From Alphaproteobacteria bacterium (lineage in GTDB: Bacteria; Pseudomonadota; Alphaproteobacteria; SP197), in the NCBI GenBank assembly GCA_965228895.1, contig OZ245842.1:992001-1056000 (forward strand): 64,000 nt of DNA, written 5' to 3'. The notes under the pieces were generated by a model. It was given only the letters and a program-made list of their open reading frames with translations. It was not told where the DNA came from and made no database searches. The position numbers and the translations under genes are program-made. Below, one piece after another: positions 21,401 through 30,375 of this stretch (positions are counted from its first letter, which is position 1; each line of letters begins with the position of its first letter).

Positions 21401-21644
21401 TCGTTTCCGGCCAATTCTAATGACGTCGTTCGCGTTTATCCTCGGTGTCGTGCCCCTGGTGCTGGCGAGCGGCGCCGGCGCCAACGCTCGTAAGTCATTG
21501 GGCATCACGGTCTTTAGCGGCATGTTGGCCTCAACCTGCCTGGCCGTGTTGTTCGTGCCGTCCTACTACGTCGTGCTGCAGCGCTGGCAGGACTACCGCG
21601 CTCGTAAGAAAGAAGAAAAGGCGGCCGCTAAGGCTGGCACCTGA
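18492..21644 (+). CDS. RND efflux permease (HAE1 / AcrB family)
   Basis: SKFFIERPV, proton-relay motifs IVVDDAIVVVE, LSAKNAILIVE, RFRPILMTS; 1050 aa. Confidence 0.96.
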   Translation: MLSKFFIERPVLSNVIALVILLIGGVCILTLPVGQYPPITPPTIQVTAFYPGANAKIVVETVALPIEEKVNGIQDLLYMESTATNDGRYALVVTFEVGTDPDEAQVLVQNRVSAALASLPSAVQEQGVVTEKKSTSILQIVTLTSTDDKFDALFLSNYATINLHDELARLTGVGDVLVFGIGEYSMRIWLNPEEMLVRSLTPADVISAIQQQNQEVSAGQTGMPPVPEGQDFQITVNLNGALTEVEEFEEIIVKAADDAGGQVTRIRDIGRVELGSQNYGQAFTLNNKPAAGLAIFQLPDANALDAAQEVRDTMTRMSADFPEGLEYGIPFDTTIVVKQSINEVYITLLEAGVLVLIVIVIFLQDWRATLVPTTTVPITIVGAFAAMALMGFSINILTLLALVLSIGIVVDDAIVVVEGVTQEIEKDKKPKVAAVDAMRQLFGPIIGITLVLMSVFLPAAFMPGITGQMFRQFALVIAATALISAINAITLKPTQCGQWLRSVPKTKRKFFVFRIFDWLYNPFERWYVRLVGRMVNHSILMSLIALTLVGLAFVGLTRIPTGFIPIEDEGYVVVAAYLPDGASLERTEATMKDISDLSLKIPGVEYAVAISGMSLLESSASLANAGVAYLVLKDWSDRGDGEDLLSIYNNLNAKLKDLQEAHTLVVIPPPVPGIGLSGGFEMMIEVTDGSFDYQELQQVTDAIAAAASSQPEVRNAFSTFSAQAPQVSVIVNRSQTEVFGVAVGDLFSTLQAYLGSAYVGQFTKFGQNFSIFVQADQQYRLQTEDLKQFYVRNQNGDMVPVGAVADIESAQGPGVVTLYNLYPAAEVNGIANQGYSSGEAITLLEQIADENLPSNMRYEWTGLSYQEQLVGNSSYFIFALAVTLVFFVLAGQYESWVTPGSVLFAVPLALLGTVAVLLGIGIANNLYVQIGLVLLIALSAKNAILIVEVARHLHAQGVDVREAAVKAAETRFRPILMTSFAFILGVVPLVLASGAGANARKSLGITVFSGMLASTCLAVLFVPSYYVVLQRWQDYRARKKEEKAAAKAGT

Positions 21645-21667
21645 TACGGCCGTTGCCCACGTCCACA

Positions 21668-21705
21668 AGAAAGAAAAAGGACCTGCGCGCCAGCACAGGT
21701 CCTTT
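21668..21705 (-). terminator. Rho-independent terminator of mscL, possibly bidirectional
   Basis: Stem AAAGGACCTG / CAGGTCCTTT between convergent genes; T-rich tail on the minus strand. Confidence 0.7.
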
Positions 21706-21722
21706 GGCAATGTAATAGGTAG

Positions 21723-22139
21723 TCAGGATTTCGCGAGGATGTCGCGGATCTCTTCCAACAGCACCTCTTCGCGCGGCGTCGCCGCTGGTTCCGCGGGTGC
21801 CTCTTCCTCTTTGCGCTTGGCCGCGTTCATCGCTTTGACCAGCATGAAGACGACCCAGGCAACGATCAGGAAGCTGATGCAGTTGTTGATGAAGACGCCC
21901 CAATTGATGGTGGCGGCGCCGGCCTCTTGCGCGGCAGCGAGCGAAGCGTACTCCTCATCGCCCAGAATGGTGAAGATATCGGTAAAGTCGACGCCGCCGG
22001 TGAAGAAGCCGACGATCGGCATCAAGATGTCATCCACCATCGACTTCACGACACTGGTAAAGGCTGCGCCGATAATGATGCCGATGGCCATGTCCATCAC
22101 GTTGCCCTTAATGGCAAACTCTTTGAACTCCTTAAACAT
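21723..22139 (-). CDS. mscL: Large-conductance mechanosensitive channel
   Basis: [27 protein letters not shown], ending [12 protein letters not shown]. Start moved to ATG 22139. Confidence 0.97.
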   Translation of the reverse strand: MFKEFKEFAIKGNVMDMAIGIIIGAAFTSVVKSMVDDILMPIVGFFTGGVDFTDIFTILGDEEYASLAAAQEAGAATINWGVFINNCISFLIVAWVVFMLVKAMNAAKRKEEEAPAEPAATPREEVLLEEIRDILAKS

Positions 22140-22366
22140 GCTCCAAACCCCCCGGTAAGAAATCTTCCTTCCCGCCACTTTCGTAGCACAATGCCGCTCG
22201 AGCCGGAAACCCCTATGCGCCAACAGCTTAAGTGGCAGATATCGGTGATCTGCGACCGTAAATTGCTGGCGAAAGTACGAGCCCCGTTAGCGTGCCGTCT
22301 TGTGCGATCAGCATGTGCAAATCGGTTTGACCATTCTTGTCGTTTGTCGACAACGCGCGCGTTGAA

Positions 22367-24559
22367 TCAGCCGGACTTGTCAGTTTGTTCGGCAATGGCC
22401 TGAACCAGGGCGCGGATGTCCGACGGTCCAGCGGGCTTCTCCAGGTAGGGGCGCTTCGACGATTTGAGAAACTGATGGATGTCGCTGCTTAGTGTGTCGC
22501 CGGTGATAAAGGCAATGCACGACACCAGTTCGGGCCGCGTTTCCTCCAGATGCTGGAACAGCTTTGGACCGTCCAGACCGGGCATCCGCAAGTCGCTCAA
22601 GATGACGTCGAAGTCGTTATCCGCGATGATTTCAAGCGCCCGCTTGCCGGAGTTCGCGGTTTCCACGTCATGGCCGTCAAATCGCAGAATGTCGGCGACG
22701 AGTTCGGTCATGTCCTCTTCGTCGTCGATCGCCAGAACCGAAAGCCGGCGCCCGCCTTGTGCTGTGCTTTCCATCGTCAACTCTTCTGCCCTATCGGCAT
22801 CGCGGCATGGCAGCTTGATAACAAACGCCGTGCCTTCCTTGCAGGCGTCATCCAGCTTGATGCGCCCGCCATGGGTTTCAATGATACGATGACACAGTGC
22901 CAATCCGATACCTGTGCCTTTTCCCGTCGCTTTGGTCGTGAAGAACGGTTCGAAAATCCGGTTGCGTATCTCCTCGGGAATACCCGGTCCGTTGTCCTTG
23001 ACCTTGATGACGACATCGCCCGTTGTCGGACGGAACGATGATGTCAGTTTCAGGTGCCGTTCGCCATCGTGGCTCTCCATGGCGTGTTTGGCATTGATCA
23101 CCAGATTGGTGATGACCTGGCTGATCTGCCCGAAGTCGGCCGCGACCGTCGGCAGTTTGCGCGACAGGTGCTGGGAAACCCTGACATCGGCACTGCTCAG
23201 ATCATTGTTGCAGACCTCTAACGCGACATCGATCGCCTGGTTGACGTCGATCGGTTCGCTGATCGACGGTTGCTGGCGCGCCATGGCGAGGAATGTTTTG
23301 ACGATGCGGCCGCATCGTTCGGCGGCGTTGCCGATGCGCTCGGCACGGCCTTTCATCTCTTCGTCGGCCGCCGATTCGGCCAGCAGGATCGCCTGACCGA
23401 CGACCACCGATAAGGGGTTGTTCAACTCATGGGCAACGCTGGCCAGGAGCTCACCCATCGCGCTCATCTTTTCGTTTTGATGGAGCATCTCTTTCTGGCG
23501 CGCCAGTTCGTCCTCGAAAGCCAGGCGTTCGGTCAGATCGATCATGCTGGTGATGGCGACGGGCGGGCCCTTCGTCGACAACAGGCGGCTGGCCATGGCG
23601 ACCCAGATGATCTCGCCGTCGGCCCGTTTGACCTGAAACTCCCGATCGCGGACCTCCCCGGTCTTTCGGATCTGGGCGAGATAAGCAGACCGATCACCGG
23701 GGTCAGCGTAGTAGTCGATGACGTTGCGTTGTTCTCGCGCCGGCCATTCCAGGCCCAGAAGCTCAGCGGCGGCGGGGCTTTCATAAAGAATGCAGCCGCT
23801 TTCGATCTCGACCAGCCAAACCGGCAGAGGGTGCGACTCGACAATCCGTCGGAACTGCTGCTCGCTCTTGCGCAGCTCTTCTTCGGCCAGGATCCGCTCG
23901 GTGATATCAATGCTGACGGTTGCCACATGGGTGACATCACCGGCTTCATCCTTGATCGGCGTTTTCGAGCTGAACCAGACGGAGCGCTCTCCATTTATGC
24001 GGTACTCACCCTCACGGTTGAGAACCGCCGTACCACTCTCAAAGACCTGGTTGTCGTTGTCGGTGCCGTTCAGATCCTCGTAGTGAATTCTCTTCTTTTG
24101 CTCGTCGGTCCGCCCGATCATGTCTTCCGGTGATAGGCCAAACAACGCGGCCAGATTGCGGTTGACCAGGGCATAACGACCGTTGCGGTCTTTGATGTTG
24201 ATCGCAGCCGGCGCCGCGTCGATGACGCTGCGCAAGAACTTCTCGCGCTCGCGCAATTCGTTGCCGACCACTTCCAGCTCGTGACGTCGTTCCCGGCCGT
24301 CGGTGTCGTAGACCGCCAGCAAGCGCCGGAGAATATCAGAGCACGATGCAACGATTGTTGCGGGTTCGATCTCGTCGTGACTGCTCAGCAACTGCTCGAG
24401 GGCCGCCTGATTGAGCCCCGCCAGTTCTTCCAGGTTGATGCCGCGCTCCAGCAGCTCGCGGCCCAAGGCGTCAGCAATCGCAAACTGTGCGTCGTCCGCC
24501 GCCGCCAGGTAGGCCGCAACCAGATTGATGTATGCCTTAAGGGTCTTGGCGTCCGGCAT
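22367..24559 (-). CDS. PAS-domain hybrid sensor histidine kinase with RsbU-N-like N-terminus (HK2)
   Basis: Two PAS/PAC domains, H-box [35 protein letters not shown], receiver (IDDE, LSDLRMP, EKP). N-terminal helical domain AY..LVAAYL...[15 protein letters not shown]. Confidence 0.92.
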   Translation of the reverse strand: MPDAKTLKAYINLVAAYLAAADDAQFAIADALGRELLERGINLEELAGLNQAALEQLLSSHDEIEPATIVASCSDILRRLLAVYDTDGRERRHELEVVGNELREREKFLRSVIDAAPAAINIKDRNGRYALVNRNLAALFGLSPEDMIGRTDEQKKRIHYEDLNGTDNDNQVFESGTAVLNREGEYRINGERSVWFSSKTPIKDEAGDVTHVATVSIDITERILAEEELRKSEQQFRRIVESHPLPVWLVEIESGCILYESPAAAELLGLEWPAREQRNVIDYYADPGDRSAYLAQIRKTGEVRDREFQVKRADGEIIWVAMASRLLSTKGPPVAITSMIDLTERLAFEDELARQKEMLHQNEKMSAMGELLASVAHELNNPLSVVVGQAILLAESAADEEMKGRAERIGNAAERCGRIVKTFLAMARQQPSISEPIDVNQAIDVALEVCNNDLSSADVRVSQHLSRKLPTVAADFGQISQVITNLVINAKHAMESHDGERHLKLTSSFRPTTGDVVIKVKDNGPGIPEEIRNRIFEPFFTTKATGKGTGIGLALCHRIIETHGGRIKLDDACKEGTAFVIKLPCRDADRAEELTMESTAQGGRRLSVLAIDDEEDMTELVADILRFDGHDVETANSGKRALEIIADNDFDVILSDLRMPGLDGPKLFQHLEETRPELVSCIAFITGDTLSSDIHQFLKSSKRPYLEKPAGPSDIRALVQAIAEQTDKSG

Positions 24560-24648
24560 GGTTCCACCCAGAGACTGAGCTGCTCACACCGGCACGAAGA
24601 GCCGGTCCGATCCTTGATATGGGTACGTCGGCTGCGTCACGTCGGGTT

Positions 24649-24710
24649 TGAAACACGGTTGAAACAAATGCCACGGACTCGCGACACAGAGATGAAACAG
24701 GTCAACCACA
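24649..24710 (+). promoter_or_regulatory. Phased 11-bp direct-repeat array (putative OmpR-family binding site) in the HK2 / TTC38 divergent promoter
   Basis: GAAAC 24650, GAAAC 24661, GACAC 24683, GAAAC 24694, ACCAC 24705; offsets 0, 11, 33, 44, 55, each followed by A. Confidence 0.65.
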
Positions 24711-24790
24711 TGTTCACCTCGCTGTCAGCTTGGGGGGAAACCGAGCGGCGCAACGAGTTTCCGAAACCACACGATCTTATGGAGCTATCC

Positions 24791-26137
24791 ATGCCGCAAA
24801 TTGATTCCGGTGGTGCACCCGTATCCAGTACAAACCGCGCCGCCGTCGACGGCCTTGAACGTGCCTTCGGCCTGTTCCAGGGCTATTTCAACGATCCGCT
24901 GGCCGAGATCGACGACGTGCTGGCTGCCGATCCCGATTTTGTCATGGGCCACTGCTTCCGCGCCGGCCTGTTCCTGATTTCGAGTGAAAAGGCCGCCGTG
25001 CCCGAGCTGGAGGCGTCCGTCGCGGAGATCGAAAAGCGCGTCGACCACGCCAACGAGCGTGAGCGCGGCCATCTGGCTGCCGCGAAGGCTTGGCTGGCAG
25101 GCGACTTTCTTGGTGCCGCCCAGCGTTACGGCGACGTTTTGAGCGCCTATCCGCGCGATGCTATCGCGATGCAGTTTGCCCATCAGTGTGATTTCCTGCT
25201 CGGTCAGTCCCGGATGCTGCGCGATCGCGTGGCCTGGGTGCTGCCCCACTGGGCGCCGAACGAGCCGACCTGGGGTTACCTGCAGGGCATGTACGCGTTC
25301 GGCCTGGAAGAAATGGGTCACTATGGTGAAGCCGAAAAGGCCGCCAAGGCATCGATCGACATGAACCCGCGCGACGCCTGGGGTGTCCACGCTCTGGCGC
25401 ATGTCCTCGAAATGCAGGGACGAACGGAAGAAGGTATCGATTTTCTCGAGTCGACATCGGGCAATTGGTCGCCCGATAACGGTTTTGCCTTCCACAACTG
25501 GTGGCACTTGGCGCTCTATCACCTCGATCGGCGCGATTTCGGCCGTGTGTTGGAACTCTACGATCGGTCAATCCATCCCGAATCGACCGATGTGCTGATG
25601 GAGCTGGTCGATGCCGCCTCGTTGTTGTGGCGTTTGCAATTGGCCGGTCACGATGTTGGTGACCGCTGGTCAGACATCGTCGCGACCTATGAAGGCGTGA
25701 CAAAGGATGGCTATTACGCCTTCAACGACATGCACGCGATGATGGCCTTTGTGTCCACCGGCCGGCGCGACGCCGCCGAGCAGGTCATCTCGACCCTGAC
25801 CAAGCGGGCAGGCGAAAGCGACACCAACGCCATGATGACACGCGAAGTCGGCTTGCCGGTGTGCCGCGCCATCGAGGCTTTCGACCAAGGCAACTACGAT
25901 GGGGTGATTGAGCTGCTGCGTCCGGTCCGCCTGATTGCGAACCGGTTCGGCGGCAGCAACGCGCAGCGCGACGTCCTCGACTGGACGCTGGTCGAGGCGG
26001 CATTCCGCGGCGGCCGCCACGGCTTCGCCGAAGCCCTTGTCAACGAACGTACGGCACGCAAACCCGAAAGTGCGATGGCGCGATGGTTCAAGACCCGCGT
26101 TACAGGAAGCACCGCAAACGTCGAGACGGCCGCGTAA
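24791..26137 (+). CDS. Tetratricopeptide repeat protein 38 (TTC38)-like protein
   Basis: Start moved to ATG 24791 (RBS GGAG). Motifs GMYAFGLEE.G.Y..AE, DAWGVHALAHVLEMQGR, HNWWHLAL, VDAASLLWRL, FNDMH, FGGSNAQRD. Confidence 0.88.
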   Translation: MPQIDSGGAPVSSTNRAAVDGLERAFGLFQGYFNDPLAEIDDVLAADPDFVMGHCFRAGLFLISSEKAAVPELEASVAEIEKRVDHANERERGHLAAAKAWLAGDFLGAAQRYGDVLSAYPRDAIAMQFAHQCDFLLGQSRMLRDRVAWVLPHWAPNEPTWGYLQGMYAFGLEEMGHYGEAEKAAKASIDMNPRDAWGVHALAHVLEMQGRTEEGIDFLESTSGNWSPDNGFAFHNWWHLALYHLDRRDFGRVLELYDRSIHPESTDVLMELVDAASLLWRLQLAGHDVGDRWSDIVATYEGVTKDGYYAFNDMHAMMAFVSTGRRDAAEQVISTLTKRAGESDTNAMMTREVGLPVCRAIEAFDQGNYDGVIELLRPVRLIANRFGGSNAQRDVLDWTLVEAAFRGGRHGFAEALVNERTARKPESAMARWFKTRVTGSTANVETAA

Positions 26138-26162
26138 CCTCACCCGCTGCCGAATCGACAAC

Positions 26163-26208
26163 GGGCCGGAACGGTCGCCTGCGGGCGCCGTTCCGGCCCC
26201 TTTTTTTT
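26163..26208 (+). terminator. Rho-independent terminator
   Basis: GGGCCGGAACGG...CCGTTCCGGCCC stem followed by a run of 8 T. Confidence 0.9.
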
Positions 26209-26218
26209 GGATCAAGCT

Positions 26219-26267
26219 GTTACCGGACTGAAACGTTTCGCCGCCAAGCGCGAAACTCAGCCGAAAT
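26219..26267 (+). promoter_or_regulatory. Phased 11-bp direct-repeat array upstream of hydrolase-metY-metA
   Basis: GTTAC 26219, GAAAC 26230, GAAAC 26252, GAAAT 26263; offsets 0, 11, 33, 44. Confidence 0.55.
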
Positions 26268-26331
26268 GGGATGCCGCCATATTCCAGCTCGGGGCGCGGG
26301 AGAACACCCGCGACGGAGATTGGAGAAAGTC

Positions 26332-27198
26332 ATGTCGGTGGTCAGCTACATCAACGCCAACGATAGAAGCGTGGCGGTTCGATCGGCCGGTTCCGGTCAG
26401 CCTGTCGTTTTGCTGCACAGCTCGGCCAGCTCAAGCGCGCAGTGGCGCGATACGATGGCCGATATGGCGCCGGTGTTTCGTGTTCTCGCGCCGGATTTTC
26501 CCGGTTACGGCAAGAGCGCATGTTGGTCGGGTACGGCGCCACGTACATTGGCGACAGACTCCGGGATCGTTGCCGCGATCGCCGATGACTGTCGTGAGCC
26601 GATCCATCTGGTCGGCCATTCCTATGGTGGCGCGGTCGCTCTTTGGTATGCCATGCGCCATCCTGCGACCGTCAAAAGTCTGACGCTGATCGAGCCTGTT
26701 GCCTTCAATGTGTTGCGGTTCGGCGGCAGAGGCCGACGTTTCCTTTTCGATGAGATCAACGAAGTTGCGACTACGGTCGTGAACGCGCTTAGCCGGGGCG
26801 ATCATTTTTCCGGCATGGCGCACTTCATCGACTACTGGAATGGCCGCGGCACGTGGGATCAGCTGCCGCACGAACGCCAGGAAGTGCTCGCCGCTCAGAT
26901 CGAGAACATCGCCCAGGAGTTCAGTGCCGTCTTCGACGACCCAAGGTCGACGGACGCGTATGAGGACCTCCAGGTGCCGACGCAGATCATCCGCGGCGAC
27001 CAGTCGCGGGTACCGGCGATGAGCGTGGCCGCCAGCCTGGCGCGCGCCATACCCTCAGCGGCGTTGCAGACCATCGAAGGCGCCGGACACATGCTGCCGC
27101 TTACCCATAAGGCGTCGATCAAGCAGGCGATCAGCCAGCACATCGAACGGCACGCCCACACTATCGTCAACGTACCCGCGTTGCCCCAGGCGGCGTAG
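26332..27198 (+). CDS. Alpha/beta hydrolase fold protein
   Basis: Start ATG 26332 (RBS GGAGA). LLHSSASS, APDFPGYG.S, GHSYGG elbow, GAGHMLP. Confidence 0.9.
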   Translation: MSVVSYINANDRSVAVRSAGSGQPVVLLHSSASSSAQWRDTMADMAPVFRVLAPDFPGYGKSACWSGTAPRTLATDSGIVAAIADDCREPIHLVGHSYGGAVALWYAMRHPATVKSLTLIEPVAFNVLRFGGRGRRFLFDEINEVATTVVNALSRGDHFSGMAHFIDYWNGRGTWDQLPHERQEVLAAQIENIAQEFSAVFDDPRSTDAYEDLQVPTQIIRGDQSRVPAMSVAASLARAIPSAALQTIEGAGHMLPLTHKASIKQAISQHIERHAHTIVNVPALPQAA

Positions 27199-27234
27199 CC
27201 CGGCTCCATAACATCGACCGAGAGGACGTTCGTC

Positions 27235-28548
27235 ATGAACTACGAAACCAACAATCCTCAGACCCTCGCCGTTCATCATGGTTTCGATTCGGACCCGACG
27301 ACCGGCGCCGTGACCGTGCCGATCTATCAGTCCGCGGCTTTTACGTTCGAAAACACCGAGCACGCGGCTGATCTGTTCGCGTTGAAGCAGTTGGGCAACA
27401 TCTACACACGTGTCCAAAATCCGACCTGCGACGTGCTTGAGCAGCGCATCGCGGCGATGGAGGGTGGCGCGGCAGCGATGACGACCGCTTCCGGTCAGTC
27501 GGCGATCACATTTTCGCTCCTTAACATCGCCCAGGTGGGCGACAACATCGTTAGCTCGACCGACCTTTATGGCGGCAGCTGGAACCTGTTCTCCAACACG
27601 TTGCCGACCATGGGTGTTGAGGTGCGTTTTGTCGATCCGGCAGACCCGGACGCCTTCCGCAAGGCAACCGACGAACGGACCAGGGCGTACTTCGCCGAGA
27701 CGCTGCCCAATCCCAAGCTTGACGTCTTTCCTATTGCCGAGGTCGCGACCATTGGCGAGGAGCTAGGCGTGCCGCTGATCGTCGACAACACGGCCGCGCC
27801 GGTGATTTGCCGGCCGTTTGATCACGGCGCCCATATCATCGTCTATTCGGCGACCAAGTATATCGGTGGTCACGGCACGTCGATCGGTGGCCTGATTGTC
27901 GACGGCGGCAGGTTTGACTGGGAACGCCATGCAGCGCGGTTCCCGATGCTGAACCAGCCCGACCCCAGTTACCACGGCGCGGTCTGGACCGAAGCGACCA
28001 AGGAGATGGGTCCGGTTGCATACATCGTAAAGGCCCGCTGCACCCTGCAGCACGATCTCGGCGCACCAATGAGTCCGTTCAACGCCTTCCAGTTTCTGCA
28101 AGGCCTGGAGACCTTGCCGATCCGGATGCGCGAACACTGTCGTAACGCGCAAGTCGTTGCCGACTTCCTGGCGGGCCGCAAGGACGTCACGCGTGTCATT
28201 CATCCCGCCCATTCAGCCGGCGAGGTGCGCCGGCGCGCCCGCTCTTATCTCACGGGCGGTTTCGGCGGATTGGTTGGGTTCGAGATGGCTGAAGGCGCGG
28301 AGGCCGGCCGTCAATTCATCGACAACCTGACGCTTGCCTATCACTGCGCCAATATCGGCGACGCCCGTACACTGGCCATCCATCCGGCATCGACGACGCA
28401 CTCCCAGCTTACGGCCGACGAGCAGGCCGCAACCGGCGTGACGCCAGGTTACGTTCGACTGGCCGTCGGTATCGAGGATGTCGTTGATATCATCGGCGAC
28501 ATAAGCCAAGCGCTCGATGCGGTGACCACTGTTAAGAAAGCGGCGTGA
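27235..28548 (+). CDS. metY: O-acetylhomoserine aminocarboxypropyltransferase (sulfhydrylase)
   Basis: VPIYQS, GNIYTR.QNPT, LIVDNT, PLP lysine in YSATKYIGGHGTSIGG, ANIGDARTL.IHPASTTHSQL. Confidence 0.93.
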   Translation: MNYETNNPQTLAVHHGFDSDPTTGAVTVPIYQSAAFTFENTEHAADLFALKQLGNIYTRVQNPTCDVLEQRIAAMEGGAAAMTTASGQSAITFSLLNIAQVGDNIVSSTDLYGGSWNLFSNTLPTMGVEVRFVDPADPDAFRKATDERTRAYFAETLPNPKLDVFPIAEVATIGEELGVPLIVDNTAAPVICRPFDHGAHIIVYSATKYIGGHGTSIGGLIVDGGRFDWERHAARFPMLNQPDPSYHGAVWTEATKEMGPVAYIVKARCTLQHDLGAPMSPFNAFQFLQGLETLPIRMREHCRNAQVVADFLAGRKDVTRVIHPAHSAGEVRRRARSYLTGGFGGLVGFEMAEGAEAGRQFIDNLTLAYHCANIGDARTLAIHPASTTHSQLTADEQAATGVTPGYVRLAVGIEDVVDIIGDISQALDAVTTVKKAA

Positions 28549-28616
28549 TGATTGAAGCGGGCGGCTGGGCATCCTATAAGGACCCGGCCGCCTGTTCTTA
28601 GAACTGAGCGTGCGCC

Positions 28617-29549
28617 ATGCCCATTGTTCTGCCAGATGAGTTGCCCGCCCGGAACACCTTGATTGGTGAGGGTGTTGCGGTAACGGCCCATGAAGCGCCG
28701 TTGAAGGTGGCCCTGGTCAACCTGATGCCGCAAAAGTCAACCGCCGAACGCCAGTTCGCACGTATGCTGGCTTTTTCTCCATTTGCTGTTGATCTGACCT
28801 TGCTGTTGCCATCTGGTTATAAGCCGAAGACAACCGGACACGATCACCTGCGGCGTTTCTATCAGCGCTGGGAGGATGTCGCTCATCACCGGTTCGACGG
28901 ATTGATTGTCACCGGCGCGCCGGTCGAATTGCTGCCGTTCGGCGCCGTGACCTATTGGCGGTCACTCACGCGGCTCTTTGATTGGGCCGATGATCATGTC
29001 GGCCAGAGCCTCTATGTCTGCTGGGCGGCACAGGCAGCACTTTTTCACCGGCATGGCATTCTTAAGCGGCCGTTGCGGCAAAAGGCCTTCGGTCTCTACC
29101 CGCAATCCCTTGGCAATGGTGGACACTGGCTGGTACGTGGCATGGGTGACCGCATGACGACACCGGTATCGCGTCATACCACCGTCGACCAGCAGGCCAT
29201 CGATCGCGTCGGTGACCTGGTGACCCTGGCGGGTTCACCGGAGACTGGCCCCTGCCTGCTGAGTGACGACCAGCGGTCGTCGGCTTACATGTTCAACCAC
29301 CTGGAATACGAGGCCGATACGCTGTGGCAGGAATTCCGCCGCGATGCCTCGTCAAGTCCCGACATACCTCAGCCGGCGAACATGACGACGCATAAACGCG
29401 ATGCGTTGGGCCGACCGCCGTGGTGGCGCGATGCCCGTGTCTTCTTCGATAACTGGGTGGGTGCCATGGCCAGGCGGCGTTGCGCCGCCATTGTGCCGCA
29501 CCGTTTGCCGCAACAGCCTGTGGTCTCGCGCCAACTCTTGCCGTGCTGA
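28617..29549 (+). CDS. metA: Homoserine O-acyltransferase of the MetA family, probably acetyl-CoA specific
   Basis: MPIVLPDELPA, LVNLMP.K..AERQF, FDGLIVTGAPVE (Glu at the specificity position), catalytic Cys in VCWAAQAAL, NHLEYE. Confidence 0.88.
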   Translation: MPIVLPDELPARNTLIGEGVAVTAHEAPLKVALVNLMPQKSTAERQFARMLAFSPFAVDLTLLLPSGYKPKTTGHDHLRRFYQRWEDVAHHRFDGLIVTGAPVELLPFGAVTYWRSLTRLFDWADDHVGQSLYVCWAAQAALFHRHGILKRPLRQKAFGLYPQSLGNGGHWLVRGMGDRMTTPVSRHTTVDQQAIDRVGDLVTLAGSPETGPCLLSDDQRSSAYMFNHLEYEADTLWQEFRRDASSSPDIPQPANMTTHKRDALGRPPWWRDARVFFDNWVGAMARRRCAAIVPHRLPQQPVVSRQLLPC

Positions 29550-29563
29550 CCTAATCGAGGTCG

Positions 29564-30313
29564 CTAGTCAGCTTCAGCTGTCTGATCGGCCTGGCCCGTC
29601 GGCACAAACATGTAGCCGACGCCGCGCACCGTCTTGATCGCCTGCGGCTTGGCGGGATCGGCTTCGACCTTGCGGCGCAGGCGCGCGACACGGATGTCGA
29701 TGCTGCGGTCGAACGGCTCCCAATCGCGGTTATGGGCGAGATCCAGCAACTGGTTGCGCGACAGAACACGATTGGGGTGTTCGGCAAGCGCACGGAGGAG
29801 ATCGAACTCCATGGCGGTAATGGCGATGTCGTTGCCATCGTCGTCCATCAGCTTGTGGCTCTCCAGATCCAGCCAGCAGGTGCCGAACCGGACGCGCTCA
29901 TGGGGCTGGTCGTCGCCGGTGCTGACACCGTCAGCCGCCATGTTGGTTCGCCGCAGCACAGCCTTGACGCGTGCCAGCAGCTCGCGCAGGTCGACCGGTT
30001 TGGCGAGGTAGTCATCCGCGCCCATCTCAAGACCAATGATGCGGTCGACCACTTCACCGGCGGCGGTCAGCATCATGATGGCGGTCTTGTGGTGTTCGCG
30101 CAGATAGCGGGCGAGCGATAGGCCGTCTTCGCCCGGCATGGCGATATCCAGGATTGCAAGTTGGACGCTGCTCTCCTCAAGGATCTTTCGCAGTTCGACA
30201 CCGCCTGACGCCGCGGTCACCCGAAAACCGTGGAGACTGAGATACTCACGAACCGTCTCTCGAATGTCGGGCTCGTCATCGACTACGACGATATGGACGC
30301 GATCGCCTCGCAC
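29564..30313 (-). CDS. OmpR/PhoB-family DNA-binding response regulator
   Basis: Receiver VVDDE, ILDIAMPG, GADDYLAKP; winged helix EFDLL, LSRNQLL, DRSIDIRVARLRRK, IKTVRGVGY. GTG start with RBS GGAGAG. Confidence 0.95.
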   Translation of the reverse strand: MRGDRVHIVVVDDEPDIRETVREYLSLHGFRVTAASGGVELRKILEESSVQLAILDIAMPGEDGLSLARYLREHHKTAIMMLTAAGEVVDRIIGLEMGADDYLAKPVDLRELLARVKAVLRRTNMAADGVSTGDDQPHERVRFGTCWLDLESHKLMDDDGNDIAITAMEFDLLRALAEHPNRVLSRNQLLDLAHNRDWEPFDRSIDIRVARLRRKVEADPAKPQAIKTVRGVGYMFVPTGQADQTAEAD

Positions 30314-30375
30314 GCTACTCTCCTTTTCGTCGGGCCGCTTCTATGCTCACCCGCCAAATCTGATCAATGTGCCGT

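Noticed and set aside
24281-24790. 170-aa N-terminal extension of the TTC38-like ORF
   Set aside because: Overlaps HK2 and the promoter array; the RBS and family motifs fit ATG 24791.
26209-26331. Possible SAM riboswitch before hydrolase-metY-metA
   Set aside because: No SAM-II or SAM-SAH consensus recognised; only a short hairpin (CGCGGG...CCCGCG). An Rfam scan would settle it.
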